DNA from: an uncultured Planctomycetia bacterium
GTDB lineage: Bacteria; Omnitrophota; Gorgyraeia; JABMRG01
Reading direction: 5' to 3'
Assembly (NCBI GenBank): GCA_964634945.1
Contig: CAZWMG010000012.1
Location: 1 to 55,537, forward strand
Length of the DNA stretch: 55,537 bases
Within the stretch, counting starts at the first letter, position 1. Each line of letters starts with the position of its first letter. Both the position numbers and the translations under genes were made by a program. Positions 46,327-55,537 of the stretch are shown piece after piece. Under the pieces are notes generated by a model. The model saw only the letters and a list, made by a program, of their open reading frames with translations. It was not told the origin of the DNA and did no database searches.

Positions 46327-47310
46327 TTACTTATCCTTATATTGTGCCGCTATAACACGTTCTACATTATTTAGATCTTTAGAGATTTTTATATTACTAA
46401 AACAACCTGCATCCTTAATCGATTTCATTACGTTATCGCTTAAGTCATCGGCAAGCTCTAAAACCAAGAAGCCTCCTTTTTTTAAGAAAGCCGGAGAGGC
46501 CTCTACAATACGACGATAAAAACTCATGCCATCGTTACCGCCATCTAACGCCTTTAACGGATCCCTCTTTACCTCATCAGGAAGACTATCAATCTCGCAT
46601 GATCTGATATATGGGGGATTAGAGACTATTACATCAAAGGTTTCTCTAAATTTTTCAGGGATATCTAGAAGATCGGCCTTTATAAACTCCATGTTCTCAT
46701 TTACGGAATTCAAGCCGGCATTTTTAAATGCTATTCCTAGAGCCTTGTCTGAAATATCAGAACTTGTTATTTTACACTGGGTTAAGGCTTTTGTCAATGA
46801 GATACCAACATTACCGCTACCTGTACATAGGTCAAGGATTCTAAGCTTCGAACCATTGTCTCTAAGGCGCAATCTCGATGCCGCCTCAATTGCGATATCA
46901 ACCAACACCTCAGTCTCAGGCCTTGGTATGAATACACCTTCTCTGATAAAAAGGTCATTACCATAAAAACATGTTTTGCCGATTATATGCTGTAAAGGCT
47001 TGCCATCTATCCGGGCAGTTATCATCTTCTCAACAGACTCAAGATGTTCCGGATTTAATGCAATTTCATCCAGATACAGATCTATTACGCGACATCCTAT
47101 CACCTCACTCAATATGACCTCTGCATTAATGCGACTTGAGGTTACCCCTGCCTTTTTAAGTCTGAGTGCGAGCTCAAGAACAAGACTATTTAGCCTTGAT
47201 AATTTTTGATGTTCTTTTGCTCTCAAGGGGACGGTCCTAAAGGGGGCACCCTTGAGCGCAATATTATCTCGTTTTTTTATATCTTTGGTAAGCATATTTA
47301 TAAAATTCAT
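46327..47310 (-). CDS. prmC: release factor glutamine methyltransferase PrmC/HemK, with a repeat-derived N-terminal leader
   Basis: Motifs PLQHI, FIPRPETE, LDLCTGSG, SNPPY and ALDGG; follows prfA. Confidence 0.94.
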   Translation of the reverse strand: MNFINMLTKDIKKRDNIALKGAPFRTVPLRAKEHQKLSRLNSLVLELALRLKKAGVTSSRINAEVILSEVIGCRVIDLYLDEIALNPEHLESVEKMITARIDGKPLQHIIGKTCFYGNDLFIREGVFIPRPETEVLVDIAIEAASRLRLRDNGSKLRILDLCTGSGNVGISLTKALTQCKITSSDISDKALGIAFKNAGLNSVNENMEFIKADLLDIPEKFRETFDVIVSNPPYIRSCEIDSLPDEVKRDPLKALDGGNDGMSFYRRIVEASPAFLKKGGFLVLELADDLSDNVMKSIKDAGCFSNIKISKDLNNVERVIAAQYKDK

Positions 47311-47345
47311 AAATTTTTGTATTTTTCAATCTCAAGGGTGTCCCC
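47238..47345. mobile_element. ~108-bp inverted-repeat cassette, copy 2, overlapping the prmC start
   Basis: Inverted repeats ggggcacccttgag / ctcaagggtgtcccc. A 14-nt left end and a 24-nt core are identical to the murD copy. Confidence 0.7.
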
Positions 47346-47349
47346 GCAT

Positions 47350-48414
47350 TTAGAGCCTTTCTAGCCTCGCCTTCTTATCGGCAGCTATAAGACCGGTTAT
47401 AATCTCATCGAGATCACCATGAAGCACGGCTTCTAATTTATGCAGCGTCAGGCCTATCCTATGATCAGTAATTCTCCTGTCCGGAAAATTATACGTTCTT
47501 ATCTTTTCGCTTCTGTCACCGGAACCTACCTGGCTCTTTCTGTCATTAGATATTTTAACCGCATGCGCCTGTCTTGCCTTGTCAAAGATGCGTGAACGTA
47601 AAACCTTCATGGCCTTAATCTTATTCTTAAGCTGTGAGCGCTCATCCTGGCATGTAACGACTATATCCGTTGGGATATGAGTTATACGTACAGCGGAGTC
47701 TGTTGTATTTACGCCTTGACCTCCATTCCCACTCGAACGATATACATCAACGCGTATATCCTTTGGATCGATACTAACATCTACCTCCTCTGCTTCAGGC
47801 AATACCGCGACAGTTACAGCGGATGTGTGAACTCTACCCTGTGATTCTGTTGACGGTACACGCTGAACTCTATGCGTACCACTCTCATACTGAAATTTTT
47901 TGTAAACACCGTTGCCTTCAATAGATAGAACTACTTCTTTTATGCCGCCCGCTTCTGAACTTGATGTGTTCATCACATCAACCTTCCATCCTCTCTCTTG
48001 CGCGTACTTAGAGTACATTCTAAAGAGATCCGCCGCGAATAGAGACGCTTCTAATCCTCCTGTTCCGGCACGTATCTCCATGATTACATTGCGATCAGCA
48101 TCAGGGTCATCTTCGATCAGCATCTGTTCCAACTCGATCTTAATCTTATCAAGCTTGAGAGTAAGTTCTTCTATCTCTGCCTGTGCTAATTCAATAAAAT
48201 CCGGTTCGTGTTTTTCGTTAAGCATAGACTCAAGCTTGGACTTCTCCTGTTCACATAAGGTATAATCGTCATACCGCTGCACCATAAAAGACGTGGAAGA
48301 AAGCTCTTTAGCGTATCTTTGATAAAGAGCCCTATCCTTTAAAACTTCATGATCAGCTAAAAGCCTCTTAAGCTCTTCAGCGCGTTGTTTCTTTTTTGCC
48401 AGTGATTCAAACAT
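47350..48414 (-). CDS. prfA: peptide chain release factor 1
   Basis: Motifs EIRAGTGG, HRVQRVPST (PxT), GGQ and RTYNF. Confidence 0.97.
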   Translation of the reverse strand: MFESLAKKKQRAEELKRLLADHEVLKDRALYQRYAKELSSTSFMVQRYDDYTLCEQEKSKLESMLNEKHEPDFIELAQAEIEELTLKLDKIKIELEQMLIEDDPDADRNVIMEIRAGTGGLEASLFAADLFRMYSKYAQERGWKVDVMNTSSSEAGGIKEVVLSIEGNGVYKKFQYESGTHRVQRVPSTESQGRVHTSAVTVAVLPEAEEVDVSIDPKDIRVDVYRSSGNGGQGVNTTDSAVRITHIPTDIVVTCQDERSQLKNKIKAMKVLRSRIFDKARQAHAVKISNDRKSQVGSGDRSEKIRTYNFPDRRITDHRIGLTLHKLEAVLHGDLDEIITGLIAADKKARLERL

Positions 48415-48513
48415 GCTTGGTCATTCCTAAGTTACATATACGTTTAGTGTAAATGGTAAGGATTAAGTGGTAAGCTTTTTCTCAATCCTTAATTGTTAAT
48501 TCTTAACTACCTA

Positions 48514-48714
48514 TTACTTCTTCCCATATTTCTTCATAAACTTCTCAACCCTACCAGCGGAATCAATAAGCTTATGCTTACCCGTAAAAAATGGGTGGCA
48601 CTTAGAGCAGATCTCAACCTTTATGTTGGGTTTTGTGCATCTGGTATGTATCACCTCGCCGCATGCGCACGTTATCGTTGTCTCTTGATATTCTGGGTGT
48701 ATCTTCTTCTTCAT
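48514..48714 (-). CDS. rpmE: 50S ribosomal protein L31 (zinc-binding type)
   Basis: Motifs [19 protein letters not shown] and GRVEKF. Confidence 0.97.
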   Translation of the reverse strand: MKKKIHPEYQETTITCACGEVIHTRCTKPNIKVEICSKCHPFFTGKHKLIDSAGRVEKFMKKYGKK

Positions 48715-48729
48715 TTTGTTAACCTCCTT

Positions 48730-49986
48730 TTAAATTTTATTCATGCTCATTAAAAATTCCGCGTTTGTCTTTGTCTTGTCCAGCTTATCTATAATAAGCT
48801 GCATCGCTTCATCCGAGGGCAATTCATTCAACACCTTACGAAGTACCCATACAAGCTTGAGTTCATCCGGATCAAGTAAAAGCTCTTCTTTTCTTGTATT
48901 AGAACGTTTTATATCTATAGCGGGGTATATCCTTTTCTGAAAAAGACTTCTATCTAACTGCAGCTCCATATTACCTGTCCCTTTAAACTCTTCAAAAATA
49001 ACCTCATCCATCCTGCTGCCTGTATCTACTAAAGCGGTCGATATGATTGTCAGGGACCCGCCCTCCTCGATATTACGCGCCGCGCCAAAAAACCTCTTAG
49101 GTTTATGCAGCGCGTTTGAATCAACGCCTCCTGAGAGTATCTTCCCGCTATGTGGCACAACCGAATTGTAGGCACGGGCAAGTCGTGTTATGCTATCAAG
49201 AAGGATCAAAACATCTTTCTTGTGTTCGACAAGCCTTTTCGCTTTGGCGAGAACCATATCAGCGACCTGAACATGCCTTTCCGCAGGCTCATCAAAAGTT
49301 GAACTTACTACCTCACCTTTAACAGAACGCTGCATATCCGTAACCTCTTCAGGCCTCTCATCGATAAGCAACACTATAAGTATAGTATCAGGCGCGTTCT
49401 TTGTAACCGCATTAGCGATCTTTTGAAGTATTACGGTCTTTCCGCTGTATGGGGGCGCTACTATCATACCGCGCTGCCCTTTTCCTATCGGCGTTAAGAG
49501 GTCCATTACCCTGGTTGATAAGTCTTTTGGGTCATTTTCAAGCAAGAATCTGTCAGTTGGATAGAGTGGGGTAAGATTATCAAAGACTATTTTATTCTTC
49601 GCTGTTTCAGGATCAGTAAAATTAACGCTTTCAACCTTAAGAAGCGCAAAATAACGCTCCCCCTCTTTAGGGGATCTTATCTGCCCATTAACAGTATCCC
49701 CTGTCTTTAAGTCAAATTTTCTTATCTGGCTCGGCGACACATAGATATCATCCGGGCACGGAAGATAGTTATAATTAGGTGACCTTAAAAAACCAAAACC
49801 ATCCGGTAAAACCTCAAGCACGCCGCCACCATTTATTACGCCTTCGCCGCGTGTCTGCGACTGAAGTATCTTGAATATAAGGTCTTGTTTCTTAAGGCCG
49901 CTTATCCCGTTGACCTTAAGATCGCTTGCTATCTTATTAAGCTCCAAAACCTTCATCTTTTTTAACTCTGCGGCATCTACAGCCAT
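48730..49986 (-). CDS. rho: transcription termination factor Rho
   Basis: Motifs [28 protein letters not shown] and GTGNME. Start is ATG 49986 after AAGGAG. Confidence 0.97.
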   Translation of the reverse strand: MAVDAAELKKMKVLELNKIASDLKVNGISGLKKQDLIFKILQSQTRGEGVINGGGVLEVLPDGFGFLRSPNYNYLPCPDDIYVSPSQIRKFDLKTGDTVNGQIRSPKEGERYFALLKVESVNFTDPETAKNKIVFDNLTPLYPTDRFLLENDPKDLSTRVMDLLTPIGKGQRGMIVAPPYSGKTVILQKIANAVTKNAPDTILIVLLIDERPEEVTDMQRSVKGEVVSSTFDEPAERHVQVADMVLAKAKRLVEHKKDVLILLDSITRLARAYNSVVPHSGKILSGGVDSNALHKPKRFFGAARNIEEGGSLTIISTALVDTGSRMDEVIFEEFKGTGNMELQLDRSLFQKRIYPAIDIKRSNTRKEELLLDPDELKLVWVLRKVLNELPSDEAMQLIIDKLDKTKTNAEFLMSMNKI

Positions 49987-49987
49987 T

Positions 49988-50590
49988 TTATCTTCTCCTT
50001 GTTTTTTTGTTCTTAAGTTTATCGGCAATCTCTCTGCATTGTTTTCTCAATCCTGTTAATGCAGCGCCATTATCTATTATATAGTCAGCGTATCGCGCCT
50101 TTTTGTAAAGTGGCATCTGTAGGCGTATACGTGCTAAAGCATCTTTATTTGCTACCCCCTTCTTTGCCCAGGCCCGCTCAAGTTGTAATGACAGAGAAGA
50201 GGTAACTACAACCAATTCATCACATTTCTTGTAAAATCCGGATTCTATCAGCATAGGAGCATCAATCACAGAATCGTATATATTTATATCTTTGATGATG
50301 CTACTTATATGTGCGGTGATAACAGGGTATATTATGCCGCATAATTTCTTATGGCTAGCCTTATTAGCAAAGGCCTTCTTTGCTAATTTAATCCTGTCAA
50401 TCTTGCCCTTTCTGTCTAGTATCTCTTTCCCGAAGGCAAGCACAATCTGTTTCGCAAGCTCCGTATTGTTGCTAATCCGGCTATGCGCAACCTTATCCGC
50501 TACTACCAAATTAGCACTTAGACTTGTGGCAATGCACCTTGCTGCTGTCGATGTGCCTGTCCCAAGACCGCCCGTAACTCCAATTATCAT
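49988..50590 (-). CDS. coaE: dephospho-CoA kinase (degenerate P-loop)
   Basis: [22 protein letters not shown]...K...AD.IIDN; polA..coaE-rho context. Confidence 0.88.
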   Translation of the reverse strand: MIIGVTGGLGTGTSTAARCIATSLSANLVVADKVAHSRISNNTELAKQIVLAFGKEILDRKGKIDRIKLAKKAFANKASHKKLCGIIYPVITAHISSIIKDINIYDSVIDAPMLIESGFYKKCDELVVVTSSLSLQLERAWAKKGVANKDALARIRLQMPLYKKARYADYIIDNGAALTGLRKQCREIADKLKNKKTRRR

Positions 50591-50606
50591 AAGTTTTATA
50601 TGTGTT

Positions 50607-50703
50607 TAGGTGCAAGGCTCAAGGTACAAGAAAGATAAGATCAAAACTCAATTTAACTTTAAATCTTTATCCTTGCGCCTTACCCCTTACCCCTTGTGCC
50701 TAA
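50607..50703. repeat. converging 7-mer arrays at the glgA-coaE junction
   Basis: aggtgca-aggctca-aggtaca facing ccttgcg-ccttacc-ccttacc-ccttgtg. Confidence 0.6.
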
Positions 50704-52074
50704 TACATTATTATATATCTCTAAGTACTTTTTAGCAGATTCATCCCATGAAAAATCATACGCGGCTATTCTTCTTATAAGCTTAAGCCAGCTTGCCTTA
50801 TCCTTATATACTACCGCTGCCTTTTTTATCGCATTAAGCAGATGTTCCGGCTTGCAATCGTTAAACAGAAAACCATTGCCTTGACCTGTCTCGTTATCAT
50901 ACTCGATTACCGTGTCTGCTAGCCCACCCGTTTTTCTGACAACGGGAACGGTCAGATACTTGAAACTTATCAACTGCCCCAAGCCACAAGGCTCATATCT
51001 GGAAGGCATGAGAAATATATCACATGCCGCATATATCTTTTGCGCAAGATCGGCGTCAAAGACTAGGTTGACAGATGTGTTTAATGGGTGTTTTTTCGCG
51101 ACCTTCTCAAAAATGCGTTGGTAGCGCTGCTCGCCGGAACCTAGCAATACAAAACCTATATCCATGTCGCAAAGCTTATCGACTATTTCAGCAAGAATAT
51201 CATAGCCCTTTTGCTCAGCCAATCTTCCTACTGTTCCTATTAACGGGGAACTAATATCAGTCTTGAGGCCTAGTTCCTTTAATAGCATCTCCTTATTCAC
51301 ATACTTTGACTCTACATCCGCTTCAGAATAGTTTTTATAAATAACATTATCTGTTAACGGATCCCATATATCGTAATCAATGCCGTTTAAAACACCGTAC
51401 AAACTATCCTCACGAGACTTCAATATGCCTTCCATGCCGCATCCAAATTCTTTGGTCTGGATCTCTTTTGCGTATGTAGGACTTACCGCGGTAATAGCAT
51501 CTGAAAAGATAAGTCCGCCTTTTAAAAGGCTAAACCTCCCATAATATTCCAAGCCGTTTATGCTGAAGAGGCTCTTGTCGAGTCCTGTCTTGGACCATTG
51601 GCTCTCATCAAAACTCCCGGTATAAGCAAGATTATGTATGGTAAATACTGTTTTTGTATCTTTAAAAAAATCATCCCCTTTGTACAAGGTTTTCAGATAG
51701 ACAGGAACAAGCCCTGTCTGCCAATCATTACAATGTATGACATCGGGCTTAAAACCGTCTCTCTTTACAAGCTCCAGCACCTCTTTACAGTAATAGGCGA
51801 AACGTTCAAGATTATCATGGTGGTCTATACCATTTTCATCAACATATATGCCATCCTTGTTATAAAGATCGTCATTTTCTATAAAATAAATCTTTATTCC
51901 TTTACCTATCTGCGCAAAATTACCCCCAACCTCTATTTCCCTATACTTGGGCAAGGCTATCCTTATATCCGCGCCCTGATGTTCTAGCGCTATAGGCAGG
52001 GCACCGGCCACATCTGCCAAGCCACCTGTCTTCGCAAACGGCACAACTTCACTCGATAAAAAAAGTATTTTCAT
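50680..52074 (-). CDS. glgA: glycogen synthase
   Basis: Motifs KTGGLADV, HCNDWQ, TIHNLAY, NGID and PSRYEPCGL. Likely start is ATG 52074. Confidence 0.96.
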   Translation of the reverse strand: MKILFLSSEVVPFAKTGGLADVAGALPIALEHQGADIRIALPKYREIEVGGNFAQIGKGIKIYFIENDDLYNKDGIYVDENGIDHHDNLERFAYYCKEVLELVKRDGFKPDVIHCNDWQTGLVPVYLKTLYKGDDFFKDTKTVFTIHNLAYTGSFDESQWSKTGLDKSLFSINGLEYYGRFSLLKGGLIFSDAITAVSPTYAKEIQTKEFGCGMEGILKSREDSLYGVLNGIDYDIWDPLTDNVIYKNYSEADVESKYVNKEMLLKELGLKTDISSPLIGTVGRLAEQKGYDILAEIVDKLCDMDIGFVLLGSGEQRYQRIFEKVAKKHPLNTSVNLVFDADLAQKIYAACDIFLMPSRYEPCGLGQLISFKYLTVPVVRKTGGLADTVIEYDNETGQGNGFLFNDCKPEHLLNAIKKAAVVYKDKASWLKLIRRIAAYDFSWDESAKKYLEIYNNVLGTRGKG

Positions 52075-52076
52075 GA

Positions 52077-54737
52077 TTAAGCTTTCATCCAACTCTGCCC
52101 ACTGGAGATATTTACCTTAACGGGCACATTTAGCTTTACTACATTTTCCATTCCGTTTTTAATAATAGCGCTCATCTCCGCAAGCTCATCTCCTGGTATG
52201 TCAAAGACAAGCTCATCGTGAACCTGAAGAACCATCTTTCCGTTCAAATTCCTATTCACTATTTCATCATGTATATGTATCATAGCTATCTTGATCATAT
52301 CCGCGGCTGAACCCTGGATAGGCGTATTTATGGCTGTTCTCTCAGCAAACTGTTGTACGTTGCGATTTTGCGAATTTATCTCCGATATATAACGTCTACG
52401 ATTAAACATAGTAAGCACATAACCATTTGTCTTAGCGATATCTATCTGATCCTGCATGTACCTGTTTACCTTTGGATATCGCAAGAAGTAAGCATCGATG
52501 AAACCTTTTGCAACTTCCGGACTGATACCTAACTCTTTGGAAAGACCATAAGGGCTCATTCCATAGACGATACCAAAATTTACGGTCTTTGCCTGATTAC
52601 GCATCTTTTTATCTATAGCCTCAATATCACAATCAAATATCAGAGAAGCGGTATAAGTATGTATGTCCATGTCATTCTTAAACGCGTCCAACAAAATCTC
52701 ATCCTGTGAGAGATGAGCCAAAATACGAAGTTCTATCTGTGAATAATCAGCCGATAATATAAGCCCGTTCTTAAAAGACGGTACAAACGCTTTTCGTATC
52801 TTTCTTCCGAGTTCCGTTTTAATAGGTATGTTCTGCAGGTTCGGTCCTGATGAACTCAAACGTCCCGTAGCTGTTACGGTTTGGTTAAATGATGTGTGCA
52901 CCTTCCCTGTATCCGGATTTATCAACTCCGGTAACGCCTCAACATATGTGCTTACAAGCTTTGCTAGCTCTCTATGCTCAAGTATAGCCTTTGGCAGCGC
53001 GTGCTGGAGAGCTAACCTTGTCAAGACTTCAACGTCAGTGGAAAAACCTGTCTTTGTCTTCTTTATAACAGGTAGCTTGAGCTTCTCAAATAAGACGCTA
53101 CCAAGCTGTTTAGGAGAACCTATGTTAAACTCACAATCAGCGATCTCATATATCTCTCTGCTTAAATCATTAAGCCTCTTCTGCATATTAGTTGACATAC
53201 TACCCAAAAACTTCTTGTCAATCTCTATACCAGAGAACTCCATATCAGAGAGCACGCCAATAAGGGGCAATTCAATCTCATTAAAGAGCTTATCCAGATC
53301 TTTTTCCTTAAGTAATTTGGACAGAATATGCTTTAACTGAAACGCTGCCTCTGAATCCTGGCAACAGTATCTTGATATAGCAGGTATATCTACCTCAGCC
53401 ATAGTTATCTTTGTCTTGCCCTTACCGATCAGATCACTTATAGGCGTCATACTTATGCCGAGATGCTCCATGCTTATATTCGCTAGGTTATGATTAGGCT
53501 TTGAAGGATTCAGGAGATATGAAGCTACCATAGTATCAAAATATATCCCTTTTAGCTCAATGCCCAGCTTCTTAAGAAGCAGCTTCTCGTATTTTATATT
53601 CTGGCCAATTTTCTTGATAGACGCGTTTTCAAAGATCGGCTTTAAGGCCTTCAATATGCGATCTTTCTCTGAGTAAGTAGCATGGGTTTTTACAAAGCTT
53701 ATGTAACACGCCGCATGTTTTTTCCAGCAAAATGATACTCCGACAATTTCGCATTCTAAGGGGTCTGTTGATGTAGTCTCAAAATCAAAGGCCCACTCTT
53801 TCTCACTATTCAATGAAGATAAAAGCCTTTCAAACTCATCTTTCGAAGATATTACTTCATAGGAACCTTCCAGCTCCTTCTTAGGAGAAAACTCATCTAT
53901 TAGCCTTCGAAATTCTAGATCAGTAAACAAGGCAAGCAGCTTTTCAGCATCAGGCTCCTTTAACAGCATATCATTAAAATCTATATCTATATCAACAGAC
54001 CTGTCTATTGTCGCAAGCTCTCGGCTAAAATTCGCGCTATCTAAATTAGCCTTTATTATCTTCTTCTTTGCCTCACTCTTTATTTTTTCAATGTTATTAA
54101 GAAGGTTATCCAGCCCGTCAAAACTTGATATGAGCTCTATAGCTGTCTTCTCACCTATGCCGGGCACTCCCGGAATATTGTCACTGGAGTCCCCCATCAA
54201 GGCCATTATATCCACGATTCTTTCAGGCCCGACGCCATAACGCTCTTTTACTTTCTGCTCATCATATATAAGGCCCTCTTTGTGCGTCGAATATACTCTT
54301 GTATTATTAGATATAAGCTGGAGCGCGTCCTTATCACCTGTGACTATAAATGTCTTCAAACCCTTTTTATCCGCTTGTGATGCTATCGTGCCTATTATAT
54401 CATCAGCCTCAAAACCATCCTTCTCGTAGATGGGGATATTATACGCCTTAATGACCTCTTTTATGATCGGCATCTGGGTAACGAGATCTTCCGGCATAGG
54501 CTTTCTATGGGCCTTATATTCTTCATAAATCTTATGCCTGAATGTTGGTCCTTTTAAATCAAATGAAACAGCGATCAGGTCCGGAGATTCCGACTCTATA
54601 AGTTTCTTAAGCATCATCACAAAACCATAGACAGCGTTAGTAGGTAATCCTTTGGAGTTCATAAGACTCTTTATTGCATAATAGGCCCTATAGCAAAACG
54701 CGTTGCCATCGATTAAAAAAAACCTCTTTTCCTTCAT
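52077..54737 (-). CDS. polA: DNA polymerase I
   Basis: 5'-3' exonuclease (LIDG, EADD, GDSSDN), 3'-5' exonuclease (FDFET), polymerase motifs DYSQIELR, K.VNFG..YG and QVHDE. Confidence 0.98.
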   Translation of the reverse strand: MKEKRFFLIDGNAFCYRAYYAIKSLMNSKGLPTNAVYGFVMMLKKLIESESPDLIAVSFDLKGPTFRHKIYEEYKAHRKPMPEDLVTQMPIIKEVIKAYNIPIYEKDGFEADDIIGTIASQADKKGLKTFIVTGDKDALQLISNNTRVYSTHKEGLIYDEQKVKERYGVGPERIVDIMALMGDSSDNIPGVPGIGEKTAIELISSFDGLDNLLNNIEKIKSEAKKKIIKANLDSANFSRELATIDRSVDIDIDFNDMLLKEPDAEKLLALFTDLEFRRLIDEFSPKKELEGSYEVISSKDEFERLLSSLNSEKEWAFDFETTSTDPLECEIVGVSFCWKKHAACYISFVKTHATYSEKDRILKALKPIFENASIKKIGQNIKYEKLLLKKLGIELKGIYFDTMVASYLLNPSKPNHNLANISMEHLGISMTPISDLIGKGKTKITMAEVDIPAISRYCCQDSEAAFQLKHILSKLLKEKDLDKLFNEIELPLIGVLSDMEFSGIEIDKKFLGSMSTNMQKRLNDLSREIYEIADCEFNIGSPKQLGSVLFEKLKLPVIKKTKTGFSTDVEVLTRLALQHALPKAILEHRELAKLVSTYVEALPELINPDTGKVHTSFNQTVTATGRLSSSGPNLQNIPIKTELGRKIRKAFVPSFKNGLILSADYSQIELRILAHLSQDEILLDAFKNDMDIHTYTASLIFDCDIEAIDKKMRNQAKTVNFGIVYGMSPYGLSKELGISPEVAKGFIDAYFLRYPKVNRYMQDQIDIAKTNGYVLTMFNRRRYISEINSQNRNVQQFAERTAINTPIQGSAADMIKIAMIHIHDEIVNRNLNGKMVLQVHDELVFDIPGDELAEMSAIIKNGMENVVKLNVPVKVNISSGQSWMKA

Positions 54738-54838
54738 ATATATAACCTTATTCCATTTTTATTAAGGATTTAAAATTCAGAAAGGGTCAAAAAAGGATTA
54801 CAGCTAAAACTTGTAAAACTTATTAGTGCAAAAAAATA

Positions 54839-55474
54839 CTAGTTCAAGGAAGATATAAGCTTATCCATCTCCATATTCTCTTCGTCAAGCTTCTTGTATA
54901 ATTCAATCAAATCGTATGTAGCTGTTACAAACCACTCTATCTTATCCTTGCTGTAAGGATAAATCTTATAACATAAGCTATAACGGCTCTCAGCAGCCTT
55001 AAAATTACCTAGTTGGCATTCCTTTTGCGCCTGTTCCAGAAAATACTTAACCGCCAAACTGTCCATGCGCTTTACGCGATTATCATACTCTGCCAAGATA
55101 TCAGTCATCTTAAGCATTATCAACTCAATCCTACCGCGCGCATTCAGTATGCCTTCCTGTATAGTGACACATTCCAGATAAAGCTTGGCCGGCTCATATG
55201 ACGGTTCAAGGCTCAGGATTTCCTGAAAACAGTTCTTAGCCTCGGTATATTTCTTAGAATTATAATACGACTTGCCCTTATTATAATACTTATTGATGGA
55301 GGTTACTCTCTCCTGCGCCTGTTTCTGCTTCATATCTGCTATTTTTGCAAATTCTTTTGTGGATCCGTCATGTGAATATGCTGGAGCAGCTTGTGAAACG
55401 GTGGGCACTAATAGTATAATAAGAGTATAACTATAAATTAATATACTTATATAAGAACTATACCTACTTTTCAT
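54839..55474 (-). CDS. exported TPR-repeat protein
   Basis: N-terminal signal/TM segment; TPR-like YYNKGKSYY...EAKNCFQEILSLEP. Confidence 0.7.
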   Translation of the reverse strand: MKSRYSSYISILIYSYTLIILLVPTVSQAAPAYSHDGSTKEFAKIADMKQKQAQERVTSINKYYNKGKSYYNSKKYTEAKNCFQEILSLEPSYEPAKLYLECVTIQEGILNARGRIELIMLKMTDILAEYDNRVKRMDSLAVKYFLEQAQKECQLGNFKAAESRYSLCYKIYPYSKDKIEWFVTATYDLIELYKKLDEENMEMDKLISSLN

Positions 55475-55482
55475 TTACGTAT

Positions 55483-55511
55483 AATATACACAAATTGATA
55501 TCCCTTGTCAA
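55483..55511 (-). promoter_or_regulatory. sigma70-type promoter
   Basis: TTGACA-17 nt-TATATT; the ATG is 8 nt after the -10 box. Confidence 0.7.
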
Positions 55512-55537
55512 GACTATTAAGTATTATTTTTGCATAA

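Noticed and set aside
321-55201. The many 60-170 aa plus-strand ORFs in the track
   Set aside because: Nearly all lie antisense to well-supported genes or across repeats and show no protein motifs.

Overview
A 55.5 kb stretch of core bacterial chromosome with every credible gene on the minus strand. Gene order (polA..coaE-rho, rpmE-prfA-prmC, rpsP-trmD-rplS-rnhB without rimM) and content fit an anaerobe of the PVC superphylum, possibly Omnitrophota-like (inference only). In transcription order it holds: TPR protein, polA, glgA, coaE, rho, rpmE, prfA, prmC, murA, rpsP, trmD, rplS, rnhB; a folate C1 / Wood-Ljungdahl methyl-branch cluster (fhs, fchA, folD, metV, metF, acsE-like) interleaved with an HD-GYP protein, panB and panE; a Pta-N-like protein, apbE, hppA, mnmA; a MarR-TolC-RND operon; tRNA-Met; zinc-ribbon protein, rnhA and an unusually long (591 nt) RNase P RNA; pilT, an M48 peptidase and a thermonuclease; and the dcw cluster mraZ..ftsA, followed by an IS30 end where ftsZ would normally be. 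The most unusual signal is non-coding. Several families of small palindromic elements sit at gene junctions: (i) a ~110-bp inverted-repeat cassette that supplies the start codon and a 24-aa N-terminal leader to both murD and prmC; (ii) a ~185-nt multi-helix element present twice with compensatory base changes; (iii) a 20-bp palindrome inserted cleanly inside one copy of (ii); and (iv) converging 7/8-mer arrays. No cognate transposase is visible in the window. All protein assignments come from motif recognition by eye; no database searches were run.
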